Below, in pieces: positions 35,643-49,909 of a stretch of 64,000 bases of DNA. Position 1 is the stretch's first letter. Every line of letters begins with the position of its first letter. The notes under the pieces were generated by a model that saw only the letters and a program-made list of their open reading frames with translations, was not told where the DNA came from and ran no database searches. The translations under genes were made by a program, and so were the position numbers. The stretch spans positions 25,246,954 through 25,310,953 of the forward strand of contig CP154954.1 of assembly GCA_039621445.1 (NCBI GenBank), given 5' to 3'. Origin of the DNA: Euglena gracilis. Lineage: Eukaryota.

Positions 35643-38600
35643 CTAGGAAATAATTAGAACATCTACAAGAGCCCTTGTTTTCAGGTGTGGAGAACACCAA
35701 GTGACTGCCTACTACCTACTTCCCCCCCCCAGATATTGTCGTCCACCCTTTTTTGCCTCTGCCCTCGTAGGAAACAGTCACAGACCCTTGTTCCTGCTGA
35801 CCTGTCAGCTATTCTTATGTTTATTTTCCCCCTAATTCTTAATTTTTTGAGAATTTTAAATTATTCGGTTAAAAATGCATATTTCCTGAGTTGAGAATTT
35901 TTTTTCATTTTCATCCGGCTTCTAAATATGGAAAAAAACCGATTTTCGGATTTTTGTGTGTGCTGGGTATTAAAAAAACGTAGAAGACTGTAATTATTTT
36001 GAAACATATTGCACGATAGCACAAAAGCACGAGTGATTGAAGTTTACAATTGTTTGCGCAATTTCACGAATAATTTTTTTTTCCTTTCTTTGGCGATTGC
36101 TTAAATCACCCGGTTGTTTTATCTCTACTCGGACTAATCTCTGACGTGATCTTTTGTTTTTTTTTTCCAGAAAAATATCCGCAATTGGGTGGCATCTCCC
36201 AGGATCCCCTGACAAACATTTGAAACATCTTTCCCCCCAACATTGGACATTGGACAGGAGTGAGAATCTGGCGGTTTTTTTAAAAAAAAGTTTCGTGACC
36301 CTTGGGGGAGTGGGTGGGTCCCGGCCGAGCCCCACCACCCCCCCCCCCCCAGGGTTGGGCCAGGTGGATACCTCGCATGGGTCATCACCATTATTGCTTG
36401 AATGGAACATCCCGATATGTTGGATCGAAATTGCCCCTCACCCTGAACTCCTCCCTTTTTGTGCTTCAACCGTCCTCCTGCCTGCGAACGTGTCCCCCAA
36501 ACGTCGCCCCCGACGCTCCTGCTCAAACTCCTCTCAGGGCGGATCCTGGGGAGGAGATAACAATTCCTGGCAAGGCATTCAAATCCTTGCATCACTTATC
36601 TCAAGCACACCTTCATTTAACCTCGCCTTCCCTTCTGGGGTTGGTTGGGTGGGAGGGGTTGCAGCCAGGACCAGTCCACCTGGATTTTTTGGCTTTTAAA
36701 GTCGTTGGTGAATGGGCCGGCGGGGTGACTGGGTCGACCGCCGCCCAATTGGGCGGTTGGAGAACCCACCTGTAATAAGCGCCTCTGCAATTTCGAGGTA
36801 AAGTCTGATTTTCTGATGGAACAAAAGATCCTCGAGGAGAGGGAGCACAGGCAACGTTATAAGGCACCCCATGGGCACCGTTTATGCCTGTGTAAACCTT
36901 TTGCCGCTTGCATCATAAACTGAGGTCTTATTTAGCCGCCTAAGTTAAATGCCTGACGGGCAGCTCAGTTGACCACAAACTCACAGAGACCACTTAAAAA
37001 TGTGTTCCCAGGGGATTTCTTTAACATTATCAAACAATGATACTTTTTCTGAATGGACACTTATTGTCTGAAACATGCATTTCATGCTGTATAATGCTTG
37101 TTAGATTTTTGAATCTTTTCACCAGCAGGAGATGAAGAAGCAACAATTCTTTCAAAGTTCCTCGTCAGGTTTTTTTAGATTGCTCATATTTATTTATGAT
37201 TGACGGGGAGTGGTTTGGTGAGGTGTGGTTTGTGAATTTTTTGTGCTGAAGCAGCACACGATTCCACCTTGCACTGTCGTTGTTCAGTTGTCCCGTCGCT
37301 TGCATCCACCCTATACCCACCTCCTCGATACAACGACCAGGCCTTTTCCAAGGTTCCTGGCGATCATATCCACAAATGAATTATCCACCTCTTCTTTTGA
37401 ACCAATAGATTCTTTTTTTTAAAATGGACATGGCTTCGTTTGGCTTTAGCATTCAAAACACTCAGGAACTTTGAACGTGGCCTGTAATAATTGTATCTTG
37501 CGAGAGAACAAGAGGCCAAGAGAGATGGGCCTTGCTTCCTCTTTGCAATTCTTTCCCTATCCCCCCCTAGGCCATTGTTTTGCTGCTTTCTGACAGCAGC
37601 CACACCTTGACAACGTAGCTTTGATGCCCATTTGACCCATAACCCCCGAAGACAGTAAAATGACAAAGAAGGAGGACAACATGGGCCGGAATGCTTCATT
37701 TGAGGTGACAGCTTTATGCCCCACAGCATGGATGCTCAACGCCCCTAAGTCCGACAAAAGGCAAATCAGCATGCATCCAGTGAAGAACTGGCTTTAATGT
37801 CTGTTTTGCAGACAGACTGAGCTATATTGCTCCGAAAAATCTGTGTCTGTAAGAATCCATTTTTGGTTCAGACTGTGACACCTCCTTGTAAGCTGATCAT
37901 TGCTGGCGACAACGACTGACAATCAATATTAATCAGCTTTTTTCCTCTGACCCAAACTGGGCTGGGAAACTGCCCTCTACCCTCTGTACGCGCTGACCTG
38001 GTATCTTGACTGGGGGCAATTGGGAATGACCAATCGAGGAATGGAAATGTTGGCAGAACGAAATCCCGCCAAACATGTTTCTACCATTTTGTCCAAGGTT
38101 GCCAGATTTTGCATTAGTTTTTTTGAGAATTTCAGAAAATTCCAGAAAATAACCAATGTTTTCTATTGAAAGAAAAATTGCCAGAACATAATTTGCTATT
38201 TTGGTCGAGACCAAGGAAGTTTTTCATCTCAAAATTTTATCCAATTTCCTTTGGCATCAATCCCCCCTTGTATAGGGTCCTGTCTCCCACCTCTGTGCTC
38301 ACTGATTTGTCTGGAGCAGTTTCCCACAGGGGTTATGATGATAAATTTGCCCACACAAAAGAACAGACGTTGAATTTTATTTTATGGCAAAGTCTCCGCA
38401 AATACCAAGGCCTAGAAAGATTTGTCCGGCACATTTCTGTGTCATCTCTGTTTCCAGCAGACAAATAGCCACATGTATGATAAATCCAGTGTACTGTGTT
38501 GTTGCAGCGTTCCCCTTCTCTGATGCTGCTCCCAATATTTGTTTTATTTTTTCGCTTCATATTATCAGTTTTTAAGCTGCAGGGGACCCCACCCCCTGAG

Positions 38601-41600
38601 GAGGTCCAGACAGCCAGCATCTTTGTTCCCTGCCAGCAGCTCCTCACAGAGCCACACTACGGATCCCCCAACCGCCCAACCCTCCCTCCTCCCCCCCAAC
38701 CAGTGAGCCAGAGCTTTTTTTTATGTAAAAAAAAAGACCCGGGGGTCCCCTGCCTCACCCCCGGGACACTCCCAACAATTGGGCCGTCGGACAGCATTTC
38801 CCAAAGTAGTCCGGTGCTTCGTGCTGAAACCCATACCCGGGCCTGGGGGCCAGCTCCGGCCGGCTGGCTGGCTGGACAAAAAGTGTTGGCTGGACTCTGG
38901 GGGTTGGGGGCAGGCTTTGGCATAAGGGCAGGTGGAGGGTCGGGGGGTTGGACCCCCGGTCCAGCTGGGGAGGATTACTTTGGGACCGCACCACGCTCTC
39001 CAGTGTTCCCCTCCTCCCGGACCAATCCAACCACAGACACTGCCACCATATACCTTTGAGGACCCCCACCCCCCTCTGCCGATACGAGTCACCCCAGATT
39101 GTACTTATCTCGCTGCACTCGTCACCTTCCTTGCTGCGCCCCCGCCCCCCCAAGCGTCTCGCAGCAACGGTTCCTGCTTACATGACTGCCGTTGCTGCCC
39201 ATTGAAAAGTGCCCCCCCAAGCCCAATGAATACCCTTGCCCACTGAACAGGGGGTGTTCGGACCGTCTAGATTTTCACCAAATCAGATATGATTTTTTTG
39301 CTCGGCAAGGCAGTATTCCTTTGTTGCCTGTCCTCTTTTTACAGATGTGTCTTCCCAGTTTTCTTTGGTGGTAATGTTTCCGTTTGACCATCTGAAAACA
39401 AACGGATATGCATTTCCCATTGCATTATTGATCGAATATGCGTGCACTGTTTATGCACGCTTCAAGGTTACACTGAGAAGGTGACAGAATTAGTGAACAC
39501 GTCCAATGAACGCCCCTTGTTCGGACCGTCTAGATTGTCACCTTGGTGTTCATTGGGCTTGGGGGTGGGGGAGGTAACAACCTGAAGAAACTGATTCACA
39601 AACTTGTTTTCTGACCAAGAGCAAGGTTATATTGTTAACCTTGAACCATCTCGACTTCTCGAAGAATCTCAAACTTCTCGAAAATCTTGAAACCTCGAAA
39701 AATCTGGAGGGGGGTACAAAGTGGGTTTAAAATGCAAAGAAACCTTAAAAGGTTTGGAAAGGGGTTGAGTTTGCCCGTTTTTGCCATTCCTTGCCACGTG
39801 GTAATTGTTGACCAGTTTTTCGGCAATTTGTGGTCATTTTTGGTATTTTTGCAACAACAACAACCAGTAGCCATTTTTGCAACTTTGGCTTTCTTGGGCG
39901 TTTTTGCTCACTTGGAGCCATTTTTGGGCATTTTTGACCGCCTTTGGCTACTGCTTGCTGCCTCTGGCTCCTGAAGCCCGCTTCTGGCTGTCGTTGGAAG
40001 CTCTTGACTGTTTTCCACTGCTTTTTGGTCCGTTTTGAGCACCTTTTCCGCCGCCTTTGGTCGCTTCGGCCATATCTCTTTTGGACAAAACCTTGACAAA
40101 TCTCGAGGGGGGGTCAAGCATCTCGACTACCTTGGACCCCCTCCCCCAAAGTCAAGATCAAGATCCAACCGAACCAAGCGAAATGCCTTTCTGGAGAAAA
40201 AAAACTTTTCAATAACCTTGCCTGGGGGTTGTTTTGCAATTAGCCAAACAATTCTTTCAATTAAATTCCCCCATTTACAAACCGTGCCTTCGGCCAGCCC
40301 AACATCAGTTTGTACGGAAGCCGGGGGGACTTCTAAGTGGTTTGGAGGTTTAGCTTTAGCAGTCAATCGCTCGTCTGAAGACGAAGGGCAACCATATTGA
40401 AACCTGGTTGGCTGACGAGGGTGCTTGGTCACTAAATTCAGACCCCTTCGGTGAGTGCCTCGCCGCACCTCCACTATTCACGTCGTGCAGAAGGCTTGCT
40501 TCCTGGCCTCGAAGCGCATTCCTTGCTCCCCCCCACCTGCACTGTTTGGGTGAGGAGAGGCCTGTGGCCGGTCTCTCCCCACCCCAGGGCTGTCCGCGAG
40601 GTCGACCACCCCCCACCCCATCATGACTGGGGGTTCATCCCCCTCCACCGGACCTTCCCATATTTCGGGGGGCGATTTTTTTGGTCAAACTTCTCGTGTT
40701 GTGGCTGGGGGTGGGTCGACGCCCCCAGACCTTCCCGTACAGCCCTGCTCCACCCTACAATCGACATCTTTCTCTCCTTCCCCCCTCTATCGGCCATCCT
40801 ATCTATTATGGTGTGCAGCGTTTGGACGGAATGGGAAGCGTTCTGTATCGTTTTTCTCGTCATTCTATTTTGGATTGCAGTATGAATCATCTTGCTCATT
40901 TTCTTGGGCACAAAAGGGAGAGTCCCCAAATAAAGAAAAGAAACCCACTTTTCACACATTCCCATCCCTGCAAAGGGGGGGGGGGGGGTAGTGGTTAAAT
41001 TAGTGCATGCAAACTGACACAAACGACAACGTAATGCAAAAGGAATCTGCAGAGCAAGGTATATTGTGCTTCTGGAGAATTGGGGTTGAACCTAACACTT
41101 TGCTCCTATTTCTTCATTTTAAGTTTCGAACTTTTTCAGTATTTTCAGAAACACTCCATGCTTTATGGACACAGGTTTTATAAAGTGGGTTTATATTTGA
41201 GTTCATCCCACCGACAACCTTGTGTGGTATACAGATACAGGCTAAAAATGATTCTCAAAGAGATTGCGTCTTTTGGGGAATGATAACATGTACAACGAGA
41301 AATTGTTTTATTCGTTTGCCCTGTATTCCTTTTCATTGGTCCACGCCCAAGGAGGGCTTTCCAATGGCCGTTGGGCTGTCGGTAAAATAGGGACATTTGA
41401 AAAAAAATCACAACAAAGACTGAGAAGTCATGCTGGCCACATTGCAACCAGAACCCCTCTGTCGTGTGGCGAGCAACCACTTGATTATTTGTGATCTGCA
41501 ACTGCCATGTGTGTGTGATGGCTGTTTCCCTGGCCATTCATCTGTAGGTTCGTAGACTGTGGACAGTGTCCGTGTCCTTCAATGGCGCGTCCCTTTGGAT

Positions 41601-42531
41601 TGGCTCAAAAGAGGCGTTGAAACTCTGCGATGGGGGAAAATTTTGGGAAAATTTTGGTGGCTTCCCAAAAATTGTGTTTCCCGCAATTTTTTTCTGGGCT
41701 GTACGTTCAATTTTGGATTTGTCTTGTTTTGAAAAAAAAATCACAAAAAGACACCCAGAAGGAGACCAATTTTGAAAATTTGTCGCAATTCTTTTAGGTG
41801 CCATTTTTGCAAAAAATTCCATCACAAGTGGGAAAAATCATTACCATTTTCAATCAAAGCTGAATTTCCCAATCATCAATTTTCCAAAATGAATAGTTTC
41901 CCATCATTTTTCCCCGTCATTTTTTCTGTCATTTTGTTTCCGTCATTTTTGTCCAGATTGGAAGCTTTTGCCCTTTTTTTGTGCTATTGTGCAAACGGAG
42001 TGACACATTTTGTGTTTCATTCGTTGAGGAGAAAGATTGAGATTTGCCCTCTTGTTCAGGGGTTTGGCTGGGGGTGGTTCCAGCTGAATTTTAAGTGACT
42101 TCAGTGACATGCCCAAACCTCTTTTTTCCCCCTAATGGCAGGTTTTGTCGATGCCAGAAATCATGTTTTGTGTCCCGAGCATCACTGAAAACACGTGGAA
42201 GACCCGAAAAGGGGGTTTATTGACAAGTGTCCAGACAACTGTTTTTGCGGCAGTGAACCCCTTGTAGTGTTCCCCAGAACTTGTGAAAAAAACAGGCTCT
42301 CCATTCCTGTTTTCCAAAATGACAATGACAAAAATGCAAAGGAGAGTTTCTGGGAAAGCCTTTTTTTGCCCTCCACACGGACGGCCATTCAGAACCGGAG
42401 ATGGGGACCTGGGAAGAATATACACGGTGCACACGTTTGGAAGGTGAGAGATCTGGCAGGTGGGGAGAGAATTACAGTGTTGTCGGCTGACAGATCGGCC
42501 GAGAGCTGAGGGCTCCAGGTTCAGCGCTCAC

Positions 42532-42805
42532 GACCGGACAGCCATTAAGAGTCGGGGGTGGAAGACGCGCAGAAGGACCTTTTTCAGCAGGCATCAGGAG
42601 GAAAGTTGGTGATCCATCTTCGTCGGGAAAAACAAAGGTGCATTTGCCATTTACTGGGATGTTGATACGGTGTAAGTGCTTGCACAATTGCTCTAAGAAG
42701 TAATGTACACCCTCATCTTCACAGGAAATGAGGTTCAGAAATTCTGTCAGCCGGCTGGCAGGATCCACTGCAGGAGACTGGATACACGCTTTGACACAAA
42801 GCACA
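42532..42805 (-). CDS. Second copy of the candidate exon
   Basis: Same splice signals and identical translation as 35369-35642. Confidence 0.5.
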
Positions 42806-45173
42806 CTAGGAAATAATTAGAACATCTACAAGAGCCCTTGTTTTCACCGAGGTGTGGAGAACACCAAGTGACTGCCTACTACCTACTTCCCCCCCCCCAG
42901 ATATTGTCGTCCACCTTTTTTTGCCTCTGCCCTCGTAGGAAACAGTCACAGACCCTTGTTCCTGCTGACCTGTCAGCTATTCTTATGTTTATTTTCCCCC
43001 TAATTCTTAATTTTTTGAGAATTTTCAAGTATTCGGTTAAAAATACACATTTCCTGAGTTGAGAATTTTTTTTCATTTTCATCCGGCTTCTAAATATGGA
43101 AAAAAACCGATTTTCGGATTTTTGTGTGTGCTGGGTATTAAAAAAACGTAGAAGACTGTAATTATTTTGAAACATATTGCACGATAGCACAATAGCACAA
43201 GTGATTGAAGTTTACAATTGTTTGCGCAATTTCACGAATAATTTTTTTTACTCCTTTCTTTGGCGATTGCTTAAATCACCCGGTTGTTTTATCTCCACTC
43301 GGATTAATCTCTGACGTGATCTTTTGGTTTTTTTTTCAGAAAAATATCCAAAATTGGGTGGCATCTCCCAGGATCCCCTGACAAACATTTGAAACATCTT
43401 TCCCCCCAACATTGGACATTGGACAGGAGTGAGAATCTGGCGCTTTTTTAAAAAAAAAGTTTCGTGACGCTTGGGGGAGTGGGTGGGTCCCGGCCGAGCC
43501 CCACCACCCCCCCCCCCCAGGGTTGGGCCAGGTGGATACCTCGCATGGGTCATCACCATTATTGCTTGAATGGAACATCCCGATATGTTGGATCGAAATT
43601 GCCCCTCACCCTGAACTCCTCCCTTTTTGTGCTTCAACCGTCCTCCTGCCTGCGAACGTGTCCCCCAAACGTCGCCCCCGACGCTCCTGCTCAAACTCCT
43701 CTCAGGGCGGATCCTGGGGAGGAGATAACAATGCCTGGCAAGACCTTCAAATCCTTGCATCACTTATCTCAAGCACCCCTTCATTTAACCTCGCCTTCCC
43801 TTCTGGGGTTGGATGGGTGGGAGGGGTTGCCGCCAGGACCAGTCCACCTGGATTTTTTGGCTTTTAAAGTCGTTGGTGAATGGGCCGGCGGGGTGACTGG
43901 GTCGACCGCCGCCCAATTGGGTGGTTGGAGAACCCACCTGTAATAAGCGCCTCTGCAATTTCGAGATAAAGTCTGATTTTCTGATGGAAGAAAAGATCCT
44001 CGAGGAGAGGGAGCGCAGGCAACGTTATAAGGCACCCCATGGGCACCGTTTATGCCTGTGTAAACCTTTTGCCGCTTGCATCATAAACTGAGGTCTTATT
44101 TAGCCGCCTAAGTTAAATGCCTGACGGGCAGCTCAGTTGACCACAAACTCACAGAGACCACTTAAAAATGTGTTCCCAGGGGATTTCTGTAACATTATCA
44201 AACAATGATAAATTTTCTGAATGGACGCTTATTGTCTGAAACATGCATTTCATGCTGTATAATGCTTGTTAGATTTTTGAAACTTTTCACCAGCAGGAGA
44301 TGAAGAAGCAACAATTCTTTCAAAGTTCCTCGTGAGGTTTTTTTTTTTAGATTGCTCATATTTATTTATGATTGACCGGGAGTGGTTTGGTGAGGTGTGG
44401 TTTGTGAATTTTTTGTGCTGAAGCAGCACACGATTCCACCTTGCACTGTCGTTGTTCAGTTGTCCCGTCGCTTGCATCCACCCTATACCCACCTCCTCGA
44501 TACAACGACCAGGCCTTTTCCAAGGTTCCTGGCGATCATATCCACAAATGAATTATCCACCTCTTCTTTTGAACCAATAGATTCTTTTTTTTAAAATGGA
44601 CATGGCTTCGTTTGGCTTTAGCATTCAAAACACTCAGGGACTTTGAACGTGGCCTGTAATAATTGTATCTTGCGAGAGAACAAGAGGCCAAGAGCGATGG
44701 GCCTTGCTTCCTCTTTGCAATTCTTTCCCTTTCCCCCCCCTAAGCCATTGTTTTGCTGCATTCTGACAGCACCCACACCTTGACAACGTAGCTTTGATGC
44801 CCATTTGACCCAAAACCCCCGAAGACAGTAAAATGACGAAGGAGGAGGACAACATGGGCCGGAATGCTTCATTTGGGTGGTGACAGCTTTATGCCCCACA
44901 GCATGGATGCTCAACGCCCCTAAGTCTGACAAAAGGCAAATCAGTCATGCATTCAGTGAAGAACTCACTTTAATGTCTGTTTTGCAGACGAACTGAGCTA
45001 TATTGCTCCGAAAAATCTGTGTCTGTAAGAATCCATTTTTGGTTCAGACTGTGACACCTCCTTGTAAGCTGATCATTGCTGGTGACAACGACTGAAAATC
45101 AATATTAATCAGCTTTTTTCCTCTGACCCAAACTGGGCTGGGAAACTGCCCTCTACCCTCTGTGCCCCCTGAC

Positions 45174-45576
45174 CAGGGTTTGATATAAGGAGGGCGTACA
45201 TGGTTTAGGTGGGGGGGTGTCCTCCCCACCCCTCCCCCCTTCCTGGCCCGCAGGAGGGGGTCCGGACCACCCCCGCCCACCTGCCAGGGGGGTCCAGACC
45301 GACCCTCGGGGGGGTTCCCGGGACCCCCCCCCCAAAAGGGTCAATTTTTTCCTCCAGCGCTTTGCGCCGAAATTTTTTTTTGCATTTTTGGCACATTTTT
45401 GCCCAAAAAGTGCCCAAAATGGCACTTTTGGTCGTTCTGGGGGGTCAAAAATTTTCGGCCACCCTGACCGCGCACCTGTTTAGGTGGGGGGGTGTCCCCC
45501 CCCCCCCCCCCCCCCCCTGGCCCGCAGGGGGGGGGGGGTCCGGCCCCCCCCCCACCTGTCCTTATATCGAACCCTG
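45174..45576. mobile_element. hAT-type MITE, present in copy 3 only
   Basis: TIR CAGGGTTTGATATAAGG / CCTTATATCGAACCCTG. Perfect TSD CCCCTGAC. Empty sites at ~30847 and ~37989. Confidence 0.95.
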
Positions 45577-46772
45577 CCCCTGACCTGGTATTTTACTGGG
45601 GGCAATTGGGAATGACCAATCGAGGAATGGAAATGTTGGCAGAATGAACTTCCGCCAAACATGTTTCTACCACTTTGGCCAAGGTTGCCAGGTTTTGCAT
45701 ATTTTTTTGAGAATTTCTAGAAAATAACCAATGTTTTCTATTGAAAAAAAATTGGCAGAACACAATTTGCTATTTTGGCCGAGACCAAGGAAGTTGTTCA
45801 TCTCAAAATTTTTATCCAATTTCCTTTGGCATCAGCCCCCCCCCCCCCTGTACAGTGCACTGATTTGTCGGAGCAGTTTCCCACAGGGGTTATGATTTAT
45901 GATAAATTTGTCCACACAAAAGAACAGACGTTGAAAGGTATTTTATGGCAAAGTCTCCGCAAATACCAAGGCGTAGAAAGATTTGTCCGGCACATTTCTG
46001 TGTCATCTCTTTTTCCAGCAGACAAATTCCCACATGTATGATAAATCCAGTGTACTCTGTTGTTGCAGTGTTCCCCTTTCTGTGATGCAGTTTTCCTCCC
46101 AATATTTGGTTTTTTTTTCTTTTCGATTTGTGTTATCAGTTTTTAAGCTGCAGGGGACCCCACCAGGCTTTTGCTTAAGGGATTGCAGTACCCCCCCCTG
46201 CCCTTATACCAAAGCCTACCCCCAACAACCCCCGGAGTCCAGCCAACACTTTTGTCCAGCCGGCCGGCCGGAGCTGGCCCCCAGGCCCGGGTATGGGTTT
46301 CAGCACGAAGCACTGGACTACTTTGGGAAATGCTTTCCGACAGCCCAATTGTTGGGAGTGTCCCGGGGTGGTCCCACGCCAGGCTGGGTGAGGCAGGAGA
46401 CCACCGGGTCTTTTAAAAAAAGAAAAGGTCTGGCCCACGGGTTGGGGGGGTGGGGGTTGGGGAGGTTGGACCCCCCAGTCCAGCTGGGAAGGATTACTTT
46501 GGGACCGCACCACGCTCTCCAGCCCTCCTCCCGGACCAATCCAACCACAGGCACTGCCGCCATATACCTTTGAAGACCCCCACCCCCCCTCTGCCGATAC
46601 GAGTCCCCAGATTGACTTATCTGCACTCATCACCTTCCCAGCGCCCCTGCCTCTCGCAGCAACGGTTCCTGCTTACATGACTGCCGTTGCTGCCCATGGA
46701 GAAGTAACAACCTGAAGAGACTGATTAACCAGCACTCATCACTTGTTTTCTCACCAAAAGCAAGGTCATATT

Positions 46773-47235
46773 CAGGGGGGGGGGAATGCGTTTCGCATTT
46801 TTTCGCATTTTTGCGCATTTTTTGCGCATTTTTTCAAATTTTCCAAAAATGCTCATTTTTGCGCATTTTTTTTCGCATTTTTGGCACATTTTTTCGTTTT
46901 TTTCAGCACATTTTTTTGCTTTTTGGCACATTTTTTCGTGATTTTCCAAAATTTTCGCATTTTTTGACCATTTTTGCAATTTTTTTGCAAAAATTTGAAA
47001 TTTTTTACTTTTTTTGAAACGCACATTTTCCTCATTATTCAACATAATTTCTTCTAATTTGCTGCCATTTTTGCATGTTTTTGGGTAGTTTTTGCATTTT
47101 CGTGATTTTGCGCATTTTGCATTTTTTTCTCGGATTTTGCACATTTTTGCGCATTTTTTCCAAAAATGCGCATTTTTTGCGCATTTTTTTGCGCATTTTT
47201 TCCGAGGCCGGGCGAGCGCATTTCCCCCCTCCCTG
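46773..47235. mobile_element. CAGGG...CCCTG MITE with a 6-bp TSD, filled with GCGCATTTTT repeats
   Basis: CATATT|CAGGGGGGGGGGAATGCG...CGCATTTCCCCCCTCCCTG|CATATT. The empty site CAAGGTTATATTGTTAACC is present at 32472 and 39622. Confidence 0.88.
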
Positions 47236-49909
47236 CATATTGATAACCTTGAACCATCTCGACTTCTCGAAGAATCTCAAACTTCTCGAAAATCTTGAAG
47301 CCTCGAAAAATCTGGAGGGGGGTACAAAGTGGGTTTAAAATGCAATCAAACCTTAAAAGGTTTGGAAAGGGGTTGAGGTTGGTCATTTTTTTTTTGCCAT
47401 TCCTGGCCACCTTTGGCCACTCTGGTAATTGTTGACCATTTTCGGCAATTTGTGGTCATTTTTGGTATTTTTGCAACCATTGGCCATTTTTGCAACTTTT
47501 GGCTTCCTTGGGCATTTTTGCTCACTTGGAGCTTTTTGGAGGCATTTTTGACCGCCTTTGGCTACTGCTTGCTGCCTCTGGCTCCTGTTGCCTGCTTCTG
47601 GCTGTCTTTGGAAGCTCTTGACTGTTTTCCACTGCTTTTTGGTCAGTTTTGGGCACCTTTTCCGCCGCCTTTGGTCGCTTCGGCCATTTTTCTTTTGCAC
47701 AAAACCTTGACAAATCTCGAGGGGGGGGGTCAAGAATATGGACTACCTTGGACCCCCTCCCCTAAAGTCAAGATCAAGATCCAACCGAACCAAGCGAAAT
47801 GCCATTCTGAAAGAAAAAAAACTTTTCAATAACCTTGCCTGGGGGTTGTTTTGCAATTAGCCAAAAAATTCTTTCATTCGTGCCTTCGGCCGGCCCAACA
47901 TCAGTTTGTAGCCGGGGGGACTTCTTAGTGGTTTGGAGGTTTAGCTCCAGCAGTCGATCGCTCGTCTCAAGACGAAGGGCAACCTTATTGAAACCTGGTT
48001 GGCTGACGAGAGTGCTTGGTCACTAAATTCAGACCCTTTCGGTGAGTGCCTCGCCGCACCTCCACTATTCACGTCGTGCAGAAGGCTTGCTTCCTGGCCT
48101 CGAACCGCATTCTTTGCTCCCCCCCACCTGCATTGTTTGGGTGAGGAGAGGCCTGTGGCCGGTCTCTCCCCACCCCAGGGCTGTCCGCGAGGTCGACCAC
48201 CCCCCACCCCATCATGACTGGGGGTTCATCCCCCTCCACCGGACCTTCCCATATTTCGGGGGGCGATTTTTTGGTCAAACTTCTCGTGTTGTGGCTGGGG
48301 GTGGGTCGACGCCCCCAGACCTTCCCGTACAGCCCTGCTCCACCCTACAACTGACATATTTCTCTCCTTCCCCCCTCTTTCGGCCACCCCATCCGATGTG
48401 CAGCGTTTGGACGGAATGGGAAGCGTTCTGTACCGTTTTCCACATCATGTATTTTCTCTGAGTTGAATCTAAAATTTTACCCATTTTTCTTCATTTTTTG
48501 TTTCGACCGTTTTCGCTGGCTTTTAGCGTGTGGTTAAGATTCGAGTTCACCCCACCGACAGCCTTCCCCCTCCCAGCCGATGGGTTGCCGGCCGTCTCAT
48601 TTAAACTCCACAGAAGCCTAACGCGGCAAACAAACACTGTATTATTTGACTCAGCCTAGGCCGCTACCACTCCTCACAGCTGCGCTTGTGTCCCCCCGCG
48701 CGACTTCCGTCTGTGGTCGGGGGCAATGGCTCTGTGTGATGCGCTCCTCCCTCGTGTTCATTCAATAATGCCCCACGCATGGTACGTCAATTTCTATTGT
48801 AGGCCAGTGGGTTTGAGCGTGTCGATGTAGGACAGTACCGGAGGGGATGTGGATTTTTTCTCAAGTAAAAACCTCCACTCAAAAAAATCTGGGAATCAGT
48901 CACCAGGGAAAAAACGTAAACAAAAAAGGAAAGGCACAAACTCCATGACCCATGGTCCATGTTCCACTTCCCTTCCCCTCTCTGAGGCACTGCATGGAAA
49001 CAACCTCAAATGGTCTATTTTGCATTTTCGGTTGGGACAAAAAACGACAAGGAAAAATTATGGGAAGCCACTAATTTTGCCCATCATTTTTCCCGTCATT
49101 TGTTTCTCCCGTGCTCTTTCTACTTCTACGCCCTTTGGATGGGGGGTGTGACGCTCAGGGGTAGTCAACTTCCGCACAATAAAGTTGGTGATGTTGCACA
49201 CAGCGCGGACAAAAATGACGTGAAAACAAAAATTACGGGACAACAATTACGGCAAATTTTTTTGGGAATTTTTCGATTTTCGAACAGTTGGGTTTGGGAA
49301 AATTTTTAAATTTAAAACAGCCAAAAGCAACGGTGGGCAATTCTGTGAAGTGATCCCAGGGCAGCAGAAATTGTTTGCTCCCACATTCTTTTTCAATTGA
49401 ATTTTTGGCATTGCCATGGGCAATCCTTGATGAAGTTGAAGCATTCCCAGGACATCCACAAATTTGGGATTACAACTACACCAATGGTGTTACTGATTGG
49501 GCCTGGCAATTCGCCATCAAAGAGGCCATTGATCGACACAAAAAAGGAGAGAATAAAGAAGGATCACCGCGGGCATTCCGCGCGCTCTGGGCTGATGTCC
49601 CTTCTGCTGTCCATGTGTGTGATGGCTGTTTCTTTCGTAGACCATGGACAGTCCATGTCCTTCGATGGCACTTCCCTTTTCTTTGACTCAAAGAGGCGTT
49701 GAAACTCCATGGTGGAAAAAATCTGGTCAAAATTTTTGTGACAATTTTGGTGGTTTCCCAAAGTTTTTGTTTTTTGTAAATTTTGACTGTATGTTCAATT
49801 TTGTATTTTGTTTTATTTTGGAAAAAATAGCAAGAATCACCCAGAATTTGTTGCATTTTTTTGTGCCTTTTTGGCAAAAGGTTTTCATCATGAGTGGGAA
49901 AAATCATTA

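Noticed and set aside
49375-49686. Protein-like ORF (GHPQIWDYNYTNGVTDWAWQF...)
   Set aside because: Short, embedded in repeat-derived sequence, no recognisable motif, and strand ambiguous.
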